Positions 1-12,800 of a DNA stretch of 64,000 bases are shown piece by piece. Source of the stretch: Malacoraja senta. Taxonomy: Eukaryota. The DNA lies in assembly GCA_038087875.1 (NCBI GenBank), contig CM076001.1:1304001-1368000 (forward strand), read 5' to 3'. The notes beneath the pieces are model-generated. The model was not told where the DNA came from. It saw nothing but the letters and a program-made list of their open reading frames with translations, and made no database searches. The first letter of the stretch is position 1, and every line of letters starts with the position of its first letter. Made by a program: the position numbers and the translations under genes.

Positions 1-814
1 TTTTACCCTATATATTTCATTATAACATATCATGTATATATCGCAATTTTAGCTACTAATTATTAAACAAATGATTTTGGCTTCAATAATAGTCAACTGT
101 TGGTTGAAGGGGTTAACGAGGCGTGCGCCTGGCCTAAGCCAGGTGCTCGTTTCTCATCCCCTCCTCCCAGTTATAGATAAGGTTTGAATTTATTAAAAGT
201 TCATATTAGTATTGTTAATACGTTATTTTTTATTTTTATTAGCGTCCGTAGCTATTCTAATCTAACATAGATAACTTATTAGGTTATTATTAGGATCAAT
301 TCTTACAATTGGATTTAATATTGTAGTCTATTAAACAGATAATGCTTCTGGTATATACCATTCACTTCAGTTCAGCTGTTTACTCGTTTTGAACAGAGAG
401 TGTCCTTGATTCAAAATTCCATAGATAACAGTCTAGCCATCCCAAACAAAACACAGCTTGGAATGGTTCTAATCTGCCAAACCTCCATTAACCGTGGAAT
501 TCTAGTGTTTTAGAATTAATTCATACTATTAATTTCTATTTTTCAATGATGCTCTGGTCATATTTGTACGCATCTTCAGGTTTTACAAATGACTTTTCAG
601 AACCCTTAACAGAAATACGCATTTTAGCTGGATAAAAAACACCATATCTATTTCAACAGTATTACAGAGGCAATGGGCTTTAGTGATACTGATTATGAAA
701 CCATTGTGGGGTGAGAAAAGGCCATCCCAATGTAGTAGGAATTGGTCCAGATATTTAATAGTGTTCATTCATTTATCAGCAAGCTGCAGCCTGTGGTGAT
801 GCCCAATTCAATGA

Positions 815-901
815 AGGTAGACAAAAATGCTGGAGAAACTCAGCGGGTGAGGCAGCATCTATGGAGCGAAGGAAATAGGCAACGTTTCAGGTCTCTACGA
901 C
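815..901 (-). mobile_element. Short Penelope pseudo-LTR-derived insertion with 13-bp target site duplication
   Basis: Same gtagacaaaaatgctggagaaactcagcgggtgaggcagcatct repeat as at 28568-28980; flanked by direct repeat cccaattcaatga (802-814 and 902-914). Confidence 0.75.
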
Positions 902-2047
902 CCCAATTCAATGATGTTGCTGCACTATTACAGAGCCATTTTAGTCCTCAAATTTTCGGAAGTTACAAATTTGGAACCAGAATCCAAGGGAAACAATTAT
1001 AGATTTTTTTTTAAAATCAGATACCTGTATAAATGCAGCATGCTTTTTCAACGTGTGCTATGACATCAATTCAATTGTGACCTCACTGCTGAACATGTTC
1101 AGGCTCTTATAGCTAACATACGAAAACGCATATAAGATTGTTGTAACCTTGAAAATAGCACCGAAAATCCCCAAAGTAATTAATTAGGTGAAGGAAGGAG
1201 ATATACATTGCCTTGTTGCGTGTGTAATAGTAATAGTGCCTTCTTCATCAGGCCTAGATTATGGGCTACATGGAACAATCTAATTCAGAACAGCTCAGGA
1301 TACTCAACAGTAAAGCCTGTTATCTTTGTCAGAGAAAACATTCAGATCTGTGACAAAGTAAAGCACACTCCATTACTCCACTCCGCAAAGTAAGACGGAG
1401 CACATCATGTGTGAGCAATAGTGGTACACAAGTATTCAGATGGCAAGGAGAAACACTGTGAAGCAAGCAGAAAAAAGTACTCAACTTAATATCGAGATAA
1501 GTGAGAACATGAAATGTATTTCAATTGAATTTATTCCACATGCAGTAGCCAAAATGCAAACCAGTGGCAATTTTAGGACTATTTTTAAACTGAATGGCGA
1601 AAACATACAAATGATATGGGTGGCGTTGCAGACTGTATCATCATTGGATGAGACGCATTGAAGATTTGGCAGAATCCCCTTACCAGCAATATTATAGTGC
1701 TGGATTTGGCATTGGATAAGACACAAAAGACAACAAGCAGATGGAATGGAATTGAATATTCAGTCCTCATACTTGGATAGAATTGAATATACAATCTTCA
1801 CACAGTGCATTCAAATCTGTTCAAGCCCCAATCTACTTGGAATGATGTTCAAAAGGATGAGCACCATTCACTAAAATACTCGGCTGAATCATTACAGATA
1901 TCAATCTTTTGTCTTCCCTATGTGGGACAAGGAAGAGGAGGGTGATACAGTACACCCAGGGTGCAAACGTCTGACCTGGTAAATAAAGAGATAAGGATGA
2001 CCTGATGAAAGCTACAAAGGATGCAAAGATGGATCAAGACACAGTAA

Positions 2048-2277
2048 AGGGCCTGTCCCACTTTCACGACCTAATTCACGACCTTTTTTACTCATGGACA
2101 TTTTTCATCAGGCTAGAAAAAAAGCCCCGACCTACTTGATGCCACGAGTACCTACGACTAGCATCACGGCCTGCTATGACCTCTTACGTCGACCTCGTGA
2201 CGACCATGCTGCGAGTATGAGTCAAGGGCAAACTCGGCAGAGGTCGTGAATTAGGTCGTGAAAGTGGGACAGGACCA
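2048..2277. mobile_element. PIF/Harbinger-type MITE, subfamily 1
   Basis: TIR agggcctgtcccactttcacgacctaattcacgacc and its near-perfect reverse complement; TAA on both sides (2045-2047, 2278-2280). Confidence 0.85.
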
Positions 2278-2475
2278 TAAGTTAGATATAAGAGTAAGAC
2301 TGCACTGCTTCTGCCCTTTTGCTTTTGTTAGAAACCTATGGAATTCTGTAAAGGCTTTGAAGAATTACAGAAGGCATTTAATCCATTTTTTTACTGAAAA
2401 GGATAAACTATATGTTGCTATCTGAATCAGCCCTGATAAGTAATTTAGTTATGCTGACTTTGAAATTGAATAACA

Positions 2476-2553
2476 GGGCAGCACAGTGGCGCAGCCGCTA
2501 GTGCTGCTGCCTCATAGCACCAGAGACCCATGTGCAACCCTGACCTCAGGAGC
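2476..2553 (+). mobile_element. tRNA-derived SINE 5' head fragment (HE1/V-SINE-like)
   Basis: gggcagcacagtggcgcagc...gctgctgcctcatagcaccagagaccc aligns with the SINE head at 61478; A-box-like tggcgcagc. Confidence 0.65.
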
Positions 2554-3223
2554 ATCAGAGTTTCATGCCTACTTGCTCATATCCTCCTGCAAGCAACGGG
2601 TTACATCATGGAAGATACCTTTAGTTGTGTTGTATAACTGGACATCAGACATAAGTTTTGCATTTGAAATCAATCATGAAACTTGGACAAAGGGAATTAT
2701 TTCCAAAAGTATGGGAATTATGCAAAAAGGTGTGATTTCCAAATCGTACTTGGACTAAATGTTAATGAAGAAGCGACAGAGGAAGTGATAACAGTGCCCA
2801 AACAACTTTTGGTTAATGCTGAAGTAAATGCCCAGTTGGCAGCCTGAAATTTCGGACACATTAGCATTATTGCAGAGGTCCAAGAGAGCAGGAGGCCCAT
2901 GATACAGTCATCTCTGCAATGATATATGTAAATCATTATCTCCTTTCTGTTTAAATAATGGATAAACAATGTGGTATACTTTTACATGCCATTTGATAAT
3001 TCTGACTTGTCCCTTTCCAAGTACAACACTCTGCTCTGGAATGAGTAATATCAATATTGTTGTCATAGTTGCAGTCAAAGGGCCATATTATTAAGTTGAT
3101 GAAGTATCTAACCTCTATCTTTCAGAGTCCAAATACTAGTTCTCCGACACCACCTTGTAAGTTCCCTCAGGACCACGATCCACACCACTGAACACCAGAC
3201 CGTTGTTTCCAAGCAGTGACTAA

Positions 3224-3445
3224 AGGGCCTGTCCCAAGCGTCATTTGCGCGTCACGCAGGTGGCGCGTGAAGATTTTGTGAATCCCAACATCCTGGGGCG
3301 CCGCGCGCGACCGCGCATCACTGCCTACGCCACCACGCGCCATGCGCGCATCACCTGCACGTCACGACGCATGCGTCGTGCATCGTGACGCGTAAATGAT
3401 GTCGTGTAAATGACGGGCTAATGACGCCCAAGTGGGACAGGCCCT
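3224..3445. mobile_element. PIF/Harbinger-type MITE, subfamily 2
   Basis: agggcctgtccca ... tgggacaggccct termini; TAA duplication (3221-3223, 3446-3448); CpG-rich interior. Confidence 0.85.
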
Positions 3446-4830
3446 TAAGGTTCTTTTCTTCTGAAGATCTTGCCACCACAGGCTCATAGTCCTTTAACCA
3501 TGTGCAATCTGCTCTGCCTTATCCCCAAGATTCATATGCACATCTATTACTGTAGACCTTTTAATTAATCTTGGTTTTGTCCCACAGAATTCATGTCTAG
3601 CTCCTCTTGTCCAGCTCGTTCACAGTTATACCCAGAAGATTTATGATGCGTCCTGTCACTTCAACTATTTCCTTGTTCCTTCCAGCTTGTTTTCACTGTG
3701 GATTTTCAATCCCCCTGCACCCACCTCCCAGAAATGTATTAGGATTCATGGGATAGGTAAAGCAGACATATTGAAAGCACTAATGTGGAAAATGCAGTTT
3801 GCTTCTTCCATGATTGGAGGCCCATCCAGTTCCATTCCATGAACTTTTGTCCAGCTAATCTTATTCTAAACAGTATAACTTCTTGTTTAACGCAACTCAT
3901 TTCCATCAAATCAAGTGTAGCAATGTGAACCTGAACATTATGCCTATGTCTCATGGGATAAAGTGATATTCCATGTTGCAGCTCTACATAGGCCCCCTCC
4001 CTCACTTTTTCCAGTACACTAATGACTATTAGTACTGCGTCTTACTCTCATAAAGAACTTAAAAGCTTTGTCACCATAGCTGCTAATTTCCGCAATGCTG
4101 TCATTTCCATTTGATCTACATGTGAGTGTTTTCTGTCTTGACTTTTCTATCTGTGTTTTGGGGATACATTAATAACATACATTAGCTACAAACCCACAAA
4201 CTCTCATAGGTATAGTAATTACACTTCCGAGCATCCTGATTTCAATAAGGGCTCCATTCCTTTCTTCCAAACTGTCTGTCTCTTTTACATCTGTTCATCC
4301 ACCCTGGTGTTTACAATATGTCTTCCTCTTTCCTTGACCATGATACCCATTCCTTCATTGTTGACAGGGCTATCAACAACATCTGCACTTCCCTGTACTT
4401 TAGGCCTTGCTCATGAAGAACAAGGATAAGATTTTCTTTGGCCTCGCCTTCAATCCCACTAACCTGTATATTCAATTAAAATACTCTGTGATTTCCAACA
4501 CCTCCAACTTCGTACCGCCAATAGTCATATTTCACATTCTGAAGGGATGGTTCCTTTTGTGAAGCTTGGTTGTTCTACTTCTGCCAATAATTACTCCCCT
4601 CATTGTACCTTCCCATAGAGCCGGAAAGAATAAAACACCTGCCTTTTTCTCCCCCCCCCCTCTTGCCAACTGGTGACAAAACAATCCTTACAGGCGATGC
4701 TGCAACACATACTCATTTCAACTTAGTAAATGGCTTTTGGTGTACATTATATGGTTCTCTCCACTTTGGGGGAAACTAATGCATATTTGGTGAGTAATTT
4801 GCAGAATACCTCTATTCAGTCTGCAGATAA

Positions 4831-5523
4831 AGGGCCTGTCCCACTTACGTGTCCTTGGCACGCAAATTACACGACCTCGTGGTCGCGTTGAGGCGCACGG
4901 GCATCGTATGGCCGCGCGGGGCCGGTCCCACTTAGAAGAGCGGAGGGGTATGTAGTTGTGCGCGACATCGCGCGGTGCTCCGAAATTTTTGTAGTGAACG
5001 AAATCTTCACGCGCCAACGGCCTGTCGCGGAACTGACAGCCAAAGTGGGACAGGCCCAAGACCCTGGCGCGACGCAAAGTCTCACCTTCAACAACAGCAG
5101 AAGCAGGCAAACGATCGCCGAACTCGGCCTGGGGCTCACGGCCGTTGCGGTCCGGATCCGACCCCACTTCTACTCCCAGAGCGGGGCCAAGAAAATTGAA
5201 GATAGACCCAAAATGCAGGAGTAACTCAGCGGGACTGGCAGCATCTCTGGAGAGAAGCAATGGGTGACGTTTCGGGTCAAGACCCTTCTTTTCAGACTGA
5301 AGAAGTCTCGACATGAAACGTCACCCATTGCTTCTCTCTGGAGATGATGCCAGTCCCGCTGAGTTACTCCAACTTTGTGTCCATCTTCAAATGATGTCAC
5401 GCGCTCCAGACGGCTGTGCGTACGCATGTAATCGCGCCCGACCTTCGCGGGACCGTCTCGGCTCAACACGACCACGAGGTCGCGTAATTTGCGTGCCAAG
5501 GACACGTAAGTGGGACAGGCCCT
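4831..5523. mobile_element. PIF/Harbinger-type MITE, subfamily 3 (long TIR)
   Basis: ~60-bp TIR agggcctgtcccacttacgtgtccttggcacgcaaattac...; TAA duplication (4828-4830, 5524-5526); internal extra TIR copy at 5043-5057. Confidence 0.9.
5196..5390. repeat. Palindrome of two inverted Penelope pLTR fragments inside the MITE
   Basis: Arm 5196-5295 is the reverse complement of 5297-5390; centre ttcagactgaa. Confidence 0.85.
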
Positions 5524-6731
5524 TAAGACACTGAGCTTTCGACTTGGCCAACAAATCTAGCCATAAACTTGATGACTTGGAATATTGTAGCTTTCAGGAC
5601 TTAACAGTGAATTCAACATCTTAATATAATCAGCCACTCCAAGCTTGAATCTCACCTTTCTGTTATCTTTTTATCTCACAGTTTTTTTAATTTATTTCAT
5701 ACCTTCCTATTTACACTTCCCACAAGAATCATCATTCTTTTTCAGTAGCCATCACCATTATGTGTATCCACTCTATGTTCCAGTTTGGTCTTCCCATCCC
5801 TCCGCCTATTTCTACAACTTAAAACATTTCTAACTTTTCCCTGTTCTGATAGAAGGTGATCAGCCAAAAATGTTACTCTGTTTCCCTTTCCACCCACATA
5901 TAGCAAAATGCTGATTATTTCTAACAACTTTGGTTTTCCTTTCAGACTTGCAGCTTCAACAATATTTTGCTTTTAGATTAGTGTATTTAGTATCTGCAAT
6001 GAACTGTTCTTTGAGTTGTAAACAATGTCTGCCATGGTTAGTGAATCACTGAAGATTCTCTTCGAATATACTGTTATGCTGTGATTGTTCACTTCTTCAC
6101 CCATAAAATTACTTAAAGGACCCAGATATTATGATTCTAATTAACCAGACAGGATTAGTCCTACTATTTGTGGACTAATCCAGGAAAATTTTCCACATTT
6201 TACCATCAAATCTGTAGATCTGATATCATAAATCAACAAGGGTCACGGTGAACAATGCCAAAAACAGAAAAGTTAACATATGTTCAACAAAAGATAAGTC
6301 ATGGATAGACTAATGTTTAAAGATAAACCTCTTGAATGCTGGCTTTTCATGAGAACCAAAACTGACAAACATTAAAGGATTCACAAAATTACAAAATTGT
6401 TAAGATCACATTTTGGTTGACATCAATCATTGTCTATCTATATTTAATGAGACCCAGCAACTATAATTATCATTATCATAGGTAGATGTGTATACATTGA
6501 AAGAAAACAATGTACAATACATTATATTTTTACTATTAAAATAATGTCAGTCTTTTAGCAGCATATGCCGATTTGCAATACTCCTTATCAACATCTACCT
6601 GATTTTATCTTCGAATTTTTGCATAGAATTTGCAGTACAGGAGTGCCAATCCAGCTCAACAATTATTCTTTATGCTCCACACAAATCTCATTGCTTTCTA
6701 TTCATTCATTCTAACATCACATCTTTCTGTA

Positions 6732-6875
6732 GCAAATAACAAACTACTGAAAACACTCAGCGGGTCAAATGGAATATGCGGAGAGAAAGAGATGTGATGA
6801 TTTCCGTCTTGACCTGCTGAGTTCCTCAGCAGTTTGGTTTTTGATCTAGATTCTAACATATGTATTCTCTTGTGT
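6732..6875. repeat. Older inverted pair of Penelope pLTR fragments
   Basis: actcagcgggtcaa ... ttgacctgctgagt inverted arms with pLTR similarity. Confidence 0.5.
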
Positions 6876-6950
6876 TAGCATATCTTTCTATTCCAATTGG
6901 CTCAATATCTAGCTTTCTACAAAATGCACTTAACCTTTTTAGCCTCAACG

Positions 6951-7992
6951 TAGCAATGTTACAAAATTTTGAGATTTTAAAAATAAAGTCTGCAATTTAT
7001 CCCATCAGATAAAGCATAAAAATAAGTTTAATTTGACACCTAATTCACTTTCGTATCTTCAGTATTAAAGAAGGTATGGCCATTTTCATACTCGGAAATT
7101 AGCATCTTGTTCCCTATTGCTTTTCCATTGACTTAACACAAAAGCTGTGATCGAGGACAGTTAAAAGCCCATAACTTTCTTTAAAATTAAGATAACGGAA
7201 AGACATTTTCAGTTATTATAGATTGAAACATTCTGAAACAAATATGAAACAATCTTACTTAGAAGACATGAAAGTAAAGCATATAATTAGTTAGTTACCT
7301 AACTGTAGCTAATTACAAAATTCAATTACTAGATCTAAACATCTATCAATTTCTTAAGAATAGATTAACATTTTTAAATAGCCTAAGTGTCCAAATAACA
7401 TTCACACAAGAATTCACAATATAACATAATTTTTAAATCTCATTTTCATGAATTTACAGGCCAAATGGAAGGAATTGAATGTTTAATACCTGTAAATTAA
7501 TGGGCATTTAAATCATCTTGTGAGTGAGGATTTCTGGAACGCGATCTTTTGGAACGTTCATTTGCAGTGAATTTAACCCTGTATTGGCATGAAAAATACT
7601 GCCGTTAGTTCGGGGAATAAAATCACCGTTTCGCATGAAAAAATGTGAATTAAAGGCTTCTTAAGAAGCACTTTTATACATTTAAAGAAACCACTTTCGT
7701 TTACCTGTCCCGTGTGTGAAATCCGTCCCCGTTATCGGCGTTGACGCTTCAGGAGCTGCTTTTAACATTACTCCAGCGCTGACATTGACGATTTAATAAA
7801 AATAAAAAATTCACAAAACGCCCCTAGGAACGATTTTTCAGCAAACGCTTGTACTCCAACAAAATATAATTCAGGACAAGGGAGGAGAAACCGCGTTTTA
7901 ACTCCGCCCCCCCCCTTAAAGGCGCCAAAATCGCGCACACGGCCAGTGACAGAATTACAGCGCGACTGAAGGTAAGTATTGTAACATACCTA
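6951..7992 (+). mobile_element. Non-autonomous TIR DNA transposon 'B', copy 1 (~1.04 kb)
   Basis: Termini TAGCAATGTTACAA / TTGTAACATACCTA (12/14 inverted match); near-identical inverted second copy at 14756-17440. Confidence 0.85.
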
Positions 7993-9419
7993 CAGTCAAC
8001 GACTTTATTTGGTAGCAAGTTCTGCATGCTGACAGCTCTGTGTTAAATTGTAACAATAGTTTTATAGTTCTAGCCTTTCTGTAGGATTGGACCGTGTTTA
8101 GCATAATCTCATCAGAATCATGTTTGAATTGTGCCGATGTTTAACCTAATTGGTTATAAAATAACAGCTAAAGGCTGGAAAAAATAAAACTAGTTAAAAT
8201 TTAAAACTGAGTTGCATGTGCTGAGCACACAATACTGTTGTATATTCTCATTGTACATTGCTTCCTTATGGAATCAAATTTCCTAAGAGTGCAACAAGTG
8301 TTTACTACTATATTGGTAAACAATATACACTATCTTGCACATTCAGATTACATTTCTACCATATTGATCAGTTCCACTTGGCAAAGAAAGATAAAATCAA
8401 TCGTAATGTATGTTATTTTGCATTGCATTCTGTTATTGCAAAGTGTCAATCTATCAGCTTATCATAACCAACATAAATTGCCTCTGCGAGGCAGCATTTT
8501 GCTACCGTTCTTGTCCGGGTAAATAAAACTACAATGGTTGAGATAGGTATGGGTAAAATATTCCTTCATTTATTAATATAATTCAGCTGCTAAAGTATAT
8601 CATCAATACATTGAGCATGCAGTTGAAGAAATACCAGAAAGTATGTGACAGTTGCCAATATATGTAGGTTTATCATAGTTTCATATGTATACAAGCACAT
8701 AAACCTGTTGCAAACTACAGTAGTTTGGGGTGTATGTTAAAGCCTGCAGAGGTTATGCAATCTGGTACTGAATAGGTTGGTTTATAATATGTACCATTGC
8801 CATCTGTTGTAGTTATACACAATTACAGTTAAACCAGTTAGTAAACACTTTGCTCTGTTGTCCGTGGTTTTGATAATCACTAATAATAACATCTAGCATC
8901 AATAAGGTCATTAAATCTGATTTAGGGAATTAATGTCATAAGGGAAGGCTGTCAGTATATGCACTGGGATAATGTTATTAGAAATCTTTGTTCGGAACAA
9001 ATTGAATCAGTCGTAAATTGTGCTCTCAAATCAGGCAAAAATACAGCATCATTTAGAAAAGGGGCTTAATATTTTTAACCTCTTGCAGAAAATGCACTTA
9101 AACAGATTAAAATAATATAGGAAACATGTCCATGGACACAAATGGTAATTACCAGAGCCCTGCTGATGTCCTGTTCACGCCAGGCAGTGCCTTCACTCCT
9201 ACCTGTGATCAAGGTCACTGTCAAATTAAATTGAACATTCTATCAAAAATCTGTCAAACAATTTTATTTGGAAAACATCTTCCTTTGCAACAGCTCTGTG
9301 GAATGGCATATGAGCATGTCATACAACATCTGGTTTTGGACATCTTGTTCTATCAGATGCGGAGCCTGCAGTGCCAAACACTTTCCTTCACAGCTACAGC
9401 CTTCTTCACAATATTGTCT

Positions 9420-9725
9420 CCAACTCTGCTTCAACTGATCTGTTGCTGCAATCCACATCATTCATTGTTTTTATTACCAACATACTCCAAGGTTTATCTT
9501 CCTTGCCTCCTATTTTCCATTTTCTACAAGTATAAATTAATTTGAGATTCTTCAGTCTATATCCTGTCTTGCACCATATCACATACACACATCATCTCTG
9601 AGCTTACTGATCTATATTAGCTGCTCATCCGGCAGTACTTCCTGTTTCAAATTCTGGTCTTCAGATCCCTCTACGATGTTTTCACTTCCTATCTTTGTAG
9701 TCTTCCTTTAACCTTATAACCATTT
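9420..9725 (+). mobile_element. Old L2-clade LINE remnant
   Basis: cacatcatctctgagcttactgatctatattagctgctc...ttcaaattctggtc resembles the L2 C-terminal HITPVL.DLHWLP...FKIL motif; heavily decayed. Confidence 0.45.
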
Positions 9726-9791
9726 GACTATTTGTCATCCAAATCAGGCCCTTTTTGAAAACCTCTTTTGAAAAAATTAAATATAAATACT

Positions 9792-9873
9792 GAGTTGGAT
9801 GATCATATTGAATGGCGGTGCAGGCTCGAAGGGCCGAATGGCCTACTCCTGCACCTATTTTCTATGTTTCTAT
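9792..9873 (+). mobile_element. CR1 LINE 3' tail fragment
   Basis: gaatggcggtgcaggctcgaagggccgaatggcctactcctgcacctattttctatgtttctat matches the 3' end of the CR1 at 23474. Confidence 0.8.
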
Positions 9874-10000
9874 AAGGTCCAAAATGTTCACCCGAAACTG
9901 TGATAGCAAGATATTGGACATCATTATTAACGTTATGAGCCTAAGGCCATTTAAATTATTATATTGTGTAAAGCTGGAGACCTCCCTGAACAAATGGCAA

Positions 10001-10001
<1 letters not shown>

Positions 10002-10031
<30 letters not shown>

Positions 10032-10873
10032 TTTATTTATATAGCACGTTTTAAATCAACTCGCGTTGAAACCAAAGTGCTTTACATAAAATAAATAATA
10101 AGTTTCCGTACATCCATAGAAAAAGATTTTTAAAAAAAGAAAAAATTGACACAACACATTATAGAGTTCAACACAAACGTCCCCCCACAACAGAATCAAA
10201 ATTTTCCACTGTGGGGAAAGGCACCAGAAAGTTTAGTCCTCTTCCTCTGTGACCACCCGAGGTCGGGGCCCATTTGTGGCCTCCGCAGCCAGTCTGATGT
10301 TTTCAGGCCCTCTTGCCGTGAAGCTGGAACTCCGGCGTCAGGTGAACATTCCTCAGCGGCTTGGAAAATATATGGAGCGGCAGCTTCCTCCCCGGAGACT
10401 GCGGCTCCCGAAGTCCTCAGCCCGCGCCGGTTGGAGCTCCGAGCCCGTTGATTTCTATCCCAGGCTCAGCGCCGCAGACCACTGAACGCTCCGCAGACCG
10501 CAGCTCCTCGATGTTGGAGTCGGCGGTCGCAGCACTCCAGAGCTTACCGCACATCGACCCGGTAAGGCATCGCCCACTCCATGTTGGTGTCCCAGCGCTG
10601 TGCCGCCGCCGAAGCTGCAGTCCCGGCCGGTCCCGACAGGAAACGCCGCTCCAGTCCGATGGTAGGCCGCGAGGAAGGGGCGAAGAAACAGCTCGAAGGG
10701 AAGCCGCCACTCCGACCAAGTAGGGACTAGGAAATAAAGTTTCCCCCTTCCCCTCCCCACCCACCACATTAAAGACCTCCAACTAACATTTTGTTTTTTA
10801 ACAGGACTAAAAAATAAAATTAAAAAGGGTGAAAAGGCGGACTGCAGGCAGAGCAGCCATACACAACAGCGCC
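10002..10873 (-). mobile_element. Young GC/CpG-rich non-autonomous retroelement with L2-type 3' end and (TTAC)n tail
   Basis: (GTAA)7 at 10002-10029 followed by ttttatttatatagcacgtttt...caaagtgctttaca, the reverse complement of an L2-type 3' stem-loop; CpG-rich body 10230-10760; no RT homology seen. Confidence 0.6.
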
Positions 10874-11344
10874 CTACTCCTGCACATCTGCCATTTTTAA
10901 AGGTGACTGTTATTCCTGTCAGAGAATATTGGTTTGCCTAGAACCAGCCTGTGCCTAGAATCAAGGTGAGAGAATAGCAACTGAGAAAGGCTGGAGATTT
11001 GGTGTTGGGCGTTGGTCGAGGTTCAGGAGGACCTGGGTTGGGGATTTCATGGCAGCTGTGAGCCACAGGCGTCCTGATGGGTATCGAATCAAAACATGAA
11101 TTATGGTCCATGGAGGTGAGTGGTTGTAGTTGATAATGAGGCGCTTGTTTTGGGGGCTGGAGTGTTTGGAAAATTGGGTGCAATAAGGGATGTGGCTGGG
11201 TGAAATGGGAGCTAGGATGGGAGATCAGTAGTTCGCAGCAGGGGAGGCTGGTGATTTGAAGTCAAGGAAGGTCAGTTCTGTGAGAGGTCAGGCCTTGGAA
11301 ACTATAGTGATTCACCCTTTCAGTCCAACATTAAGAAAACGCAG

Positions 11345-11437
11345 GTGGACACAAAATGCTGGATGAACTCAGCGGATCAGGCAGCATCTCTGGAGAGAAG
11401 GAATGGGTGACATTTCGGGTCGAGACCTTTCTTCTGA
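11345..11437 (-). mobile_element. Penelope pLTR fragment
   Basis: acacaaaatgctgg...ggcagcatctctggagagaaggaatgggtgacatttcgggtcgagacc, same family as 28568. Confidence 0.75.
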
Positions 11438-12086
11438 TCATTGATCAACAACCAAAAGGAAAATTGCATGCAAAATGGTATTATCATGGTACTGCAGGCA
11501 AGTGATCAATACAAGAGTGAAACATGGCTGGAAGTACTCAGTAAAATTTCCAACACAGTGTTAAATAGACAGAATTATTACAACTGTCATTTTCTGATTC
11601 ACTGGTCCAAATTAGATCTCATTATACTGAAAATGCAGCAACCAATATCTCGACCTTTATCTCTTCACTTTTAAAATGCTGTTTAAAACGTTATTGTCTG
11701 TGGAAGTTTTCACAAAAGGATAAATTCAAGAACAATAAGAGGGAAGTCAAATATATGGTATTGACTTTAGTTATGAAAAGCAAGTGAATCATGAGAGACG
11801 GGGTTAACAGAGGTGTTAGGACATTAGTATCCAAGAGAAATTCAGGGAACAGAAAATGGTTAAAGTTAATACCTAAATACATGAACCATGTGCAGTGGTA
11901 GCGCCATAATAATTCATTTTTCACATAAATGGAAATAAATTGGATTGAAATGATTGGGAGCAGGAAGTGGGTATTTCCATTGTATGCATAATGTCATAAA
12001 CATGTGTGGGACAAATGGAGGCTCCTTCAAGTAATAATCTCATTACCACTTAATTTTTCAGAAACTGTATTCAGTACAGTGCTTAC

Positions 12087-12176
12087 CCCAGTTTCACAGA
12101 TTGTGTCCCATTAGATTTCTGGACACATTTCAAATGGGATTTTCCCCACCAAGTTTTCCAAGCGGTAAATGTTGAG
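12087..12176 (-). other. Candidate exon (90 bp) of an unidentified spliced transcript
   Basis: Minus-strand acceptor ttttctttgcgtatgtctgattatatatacag and donor GGG|gtaagc. Confidence 0.35.
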
Positions 12177-12327
12177 CTGTATATATAATCAGACATACGC
12201 AAAGAAAATAAAGTATTGTTCGTCTTACAATAGAAGTGTATTCTCCGTTCAGGTGACATTTTTGCTTGGAGTGCTGCAGATTGACCCAATCAGCAGCTAA
12301 TGTATTCTCAGTAAGCAATCAATGATG

Positions 12328-12800
12328 ACACAAGAGACTGCCAGTGCTTGAATCTTAGGCAAAGCACAAAATGCTGGAGGAACTCAGTAGGTCAGACACC
12401 ATCTGTGGTGGGGACGGATGAATAGCAACCAATGACATTGGAAGCAACTTGAAGAGCACACAACACTCTAACACAGGAACAGGTCTTTCAGCCCACAATG
12501 TCTGTACCAAACACTTTGATCTTTTGATCATACAGCATGCAAAGTTTGAACTTCTGGAGATCTCAGTTGCTCACCATTTTAACTCACATTCCCAGACTGA
12601 CCGTTCTGTTGTTGGCCACCTCCACTGTCAGAATGAGGTCACATGCAAACTAGAAGAATAACACCTCCTATTACACTTCAGTAGCTTACAACCTAACAGT
12701 ATATTCTCCAATTTCAAGTAATACCTTCCCAACCCCTTCTCTTTTCCCTATCCTCCTATCCCAGTGCACAGCCATCTCTCCCACCAATTCGCACCACCCC
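12328..12800. mobile_element. Penelope remnants (pLTR fragment and GIY-YIG C-terminal part) plus short CR1-like tail piece
   Basis: SVAHHFNSH...HLHCQNEVTCKLEE*HLL...SLQPN (12563-12697) resembles the PLE endonuclease C-terminus; pLTR piece at 12328-12420. Confidence 0.6.

Larger units (their letters stand above)
3040..5975 (+). mobile_element. Decayed Penelope-like retroelement (RT, GIY-YIG endonuclease, 3' pseudo-LTR), interrupted by two MITEs
   Basis: Disrupted PLE motifs read by eye: DHDP/TTEHQ (~3170), IPKIH (~3520), ISYKPTNSHRYSNYTSEHP..KGSIPFFQ (4181-4270), GIY-YIG-like GETNAYLVSNLQNTS region (~4770-4820); degenerate pLTR at 5830-5975. Confidence 0.75.

Noticed and set aside
2048..2277. 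Short acgacc repeats resembling a CRISPR-like array
   Set aside because: Irregular subterminal MITE motifs in eukaryotic DNA; no constant repeat-spacer period.
2476..2553. tRNA gene
   Set aside because: SINE head; no cloverleaf or intact B box.
4718..5534. Overlapping ORFs up to 198 aa
   Set aside because: They lie in a GC-rich MITE and pLTR palindrome; the repeated peptide reflects the TIR, not a gene.
10146..10782. Five overlapping ORFs of 78-121 aa
   Set aside because: Stop-poor GC-rich repeat; no recognisable domain.
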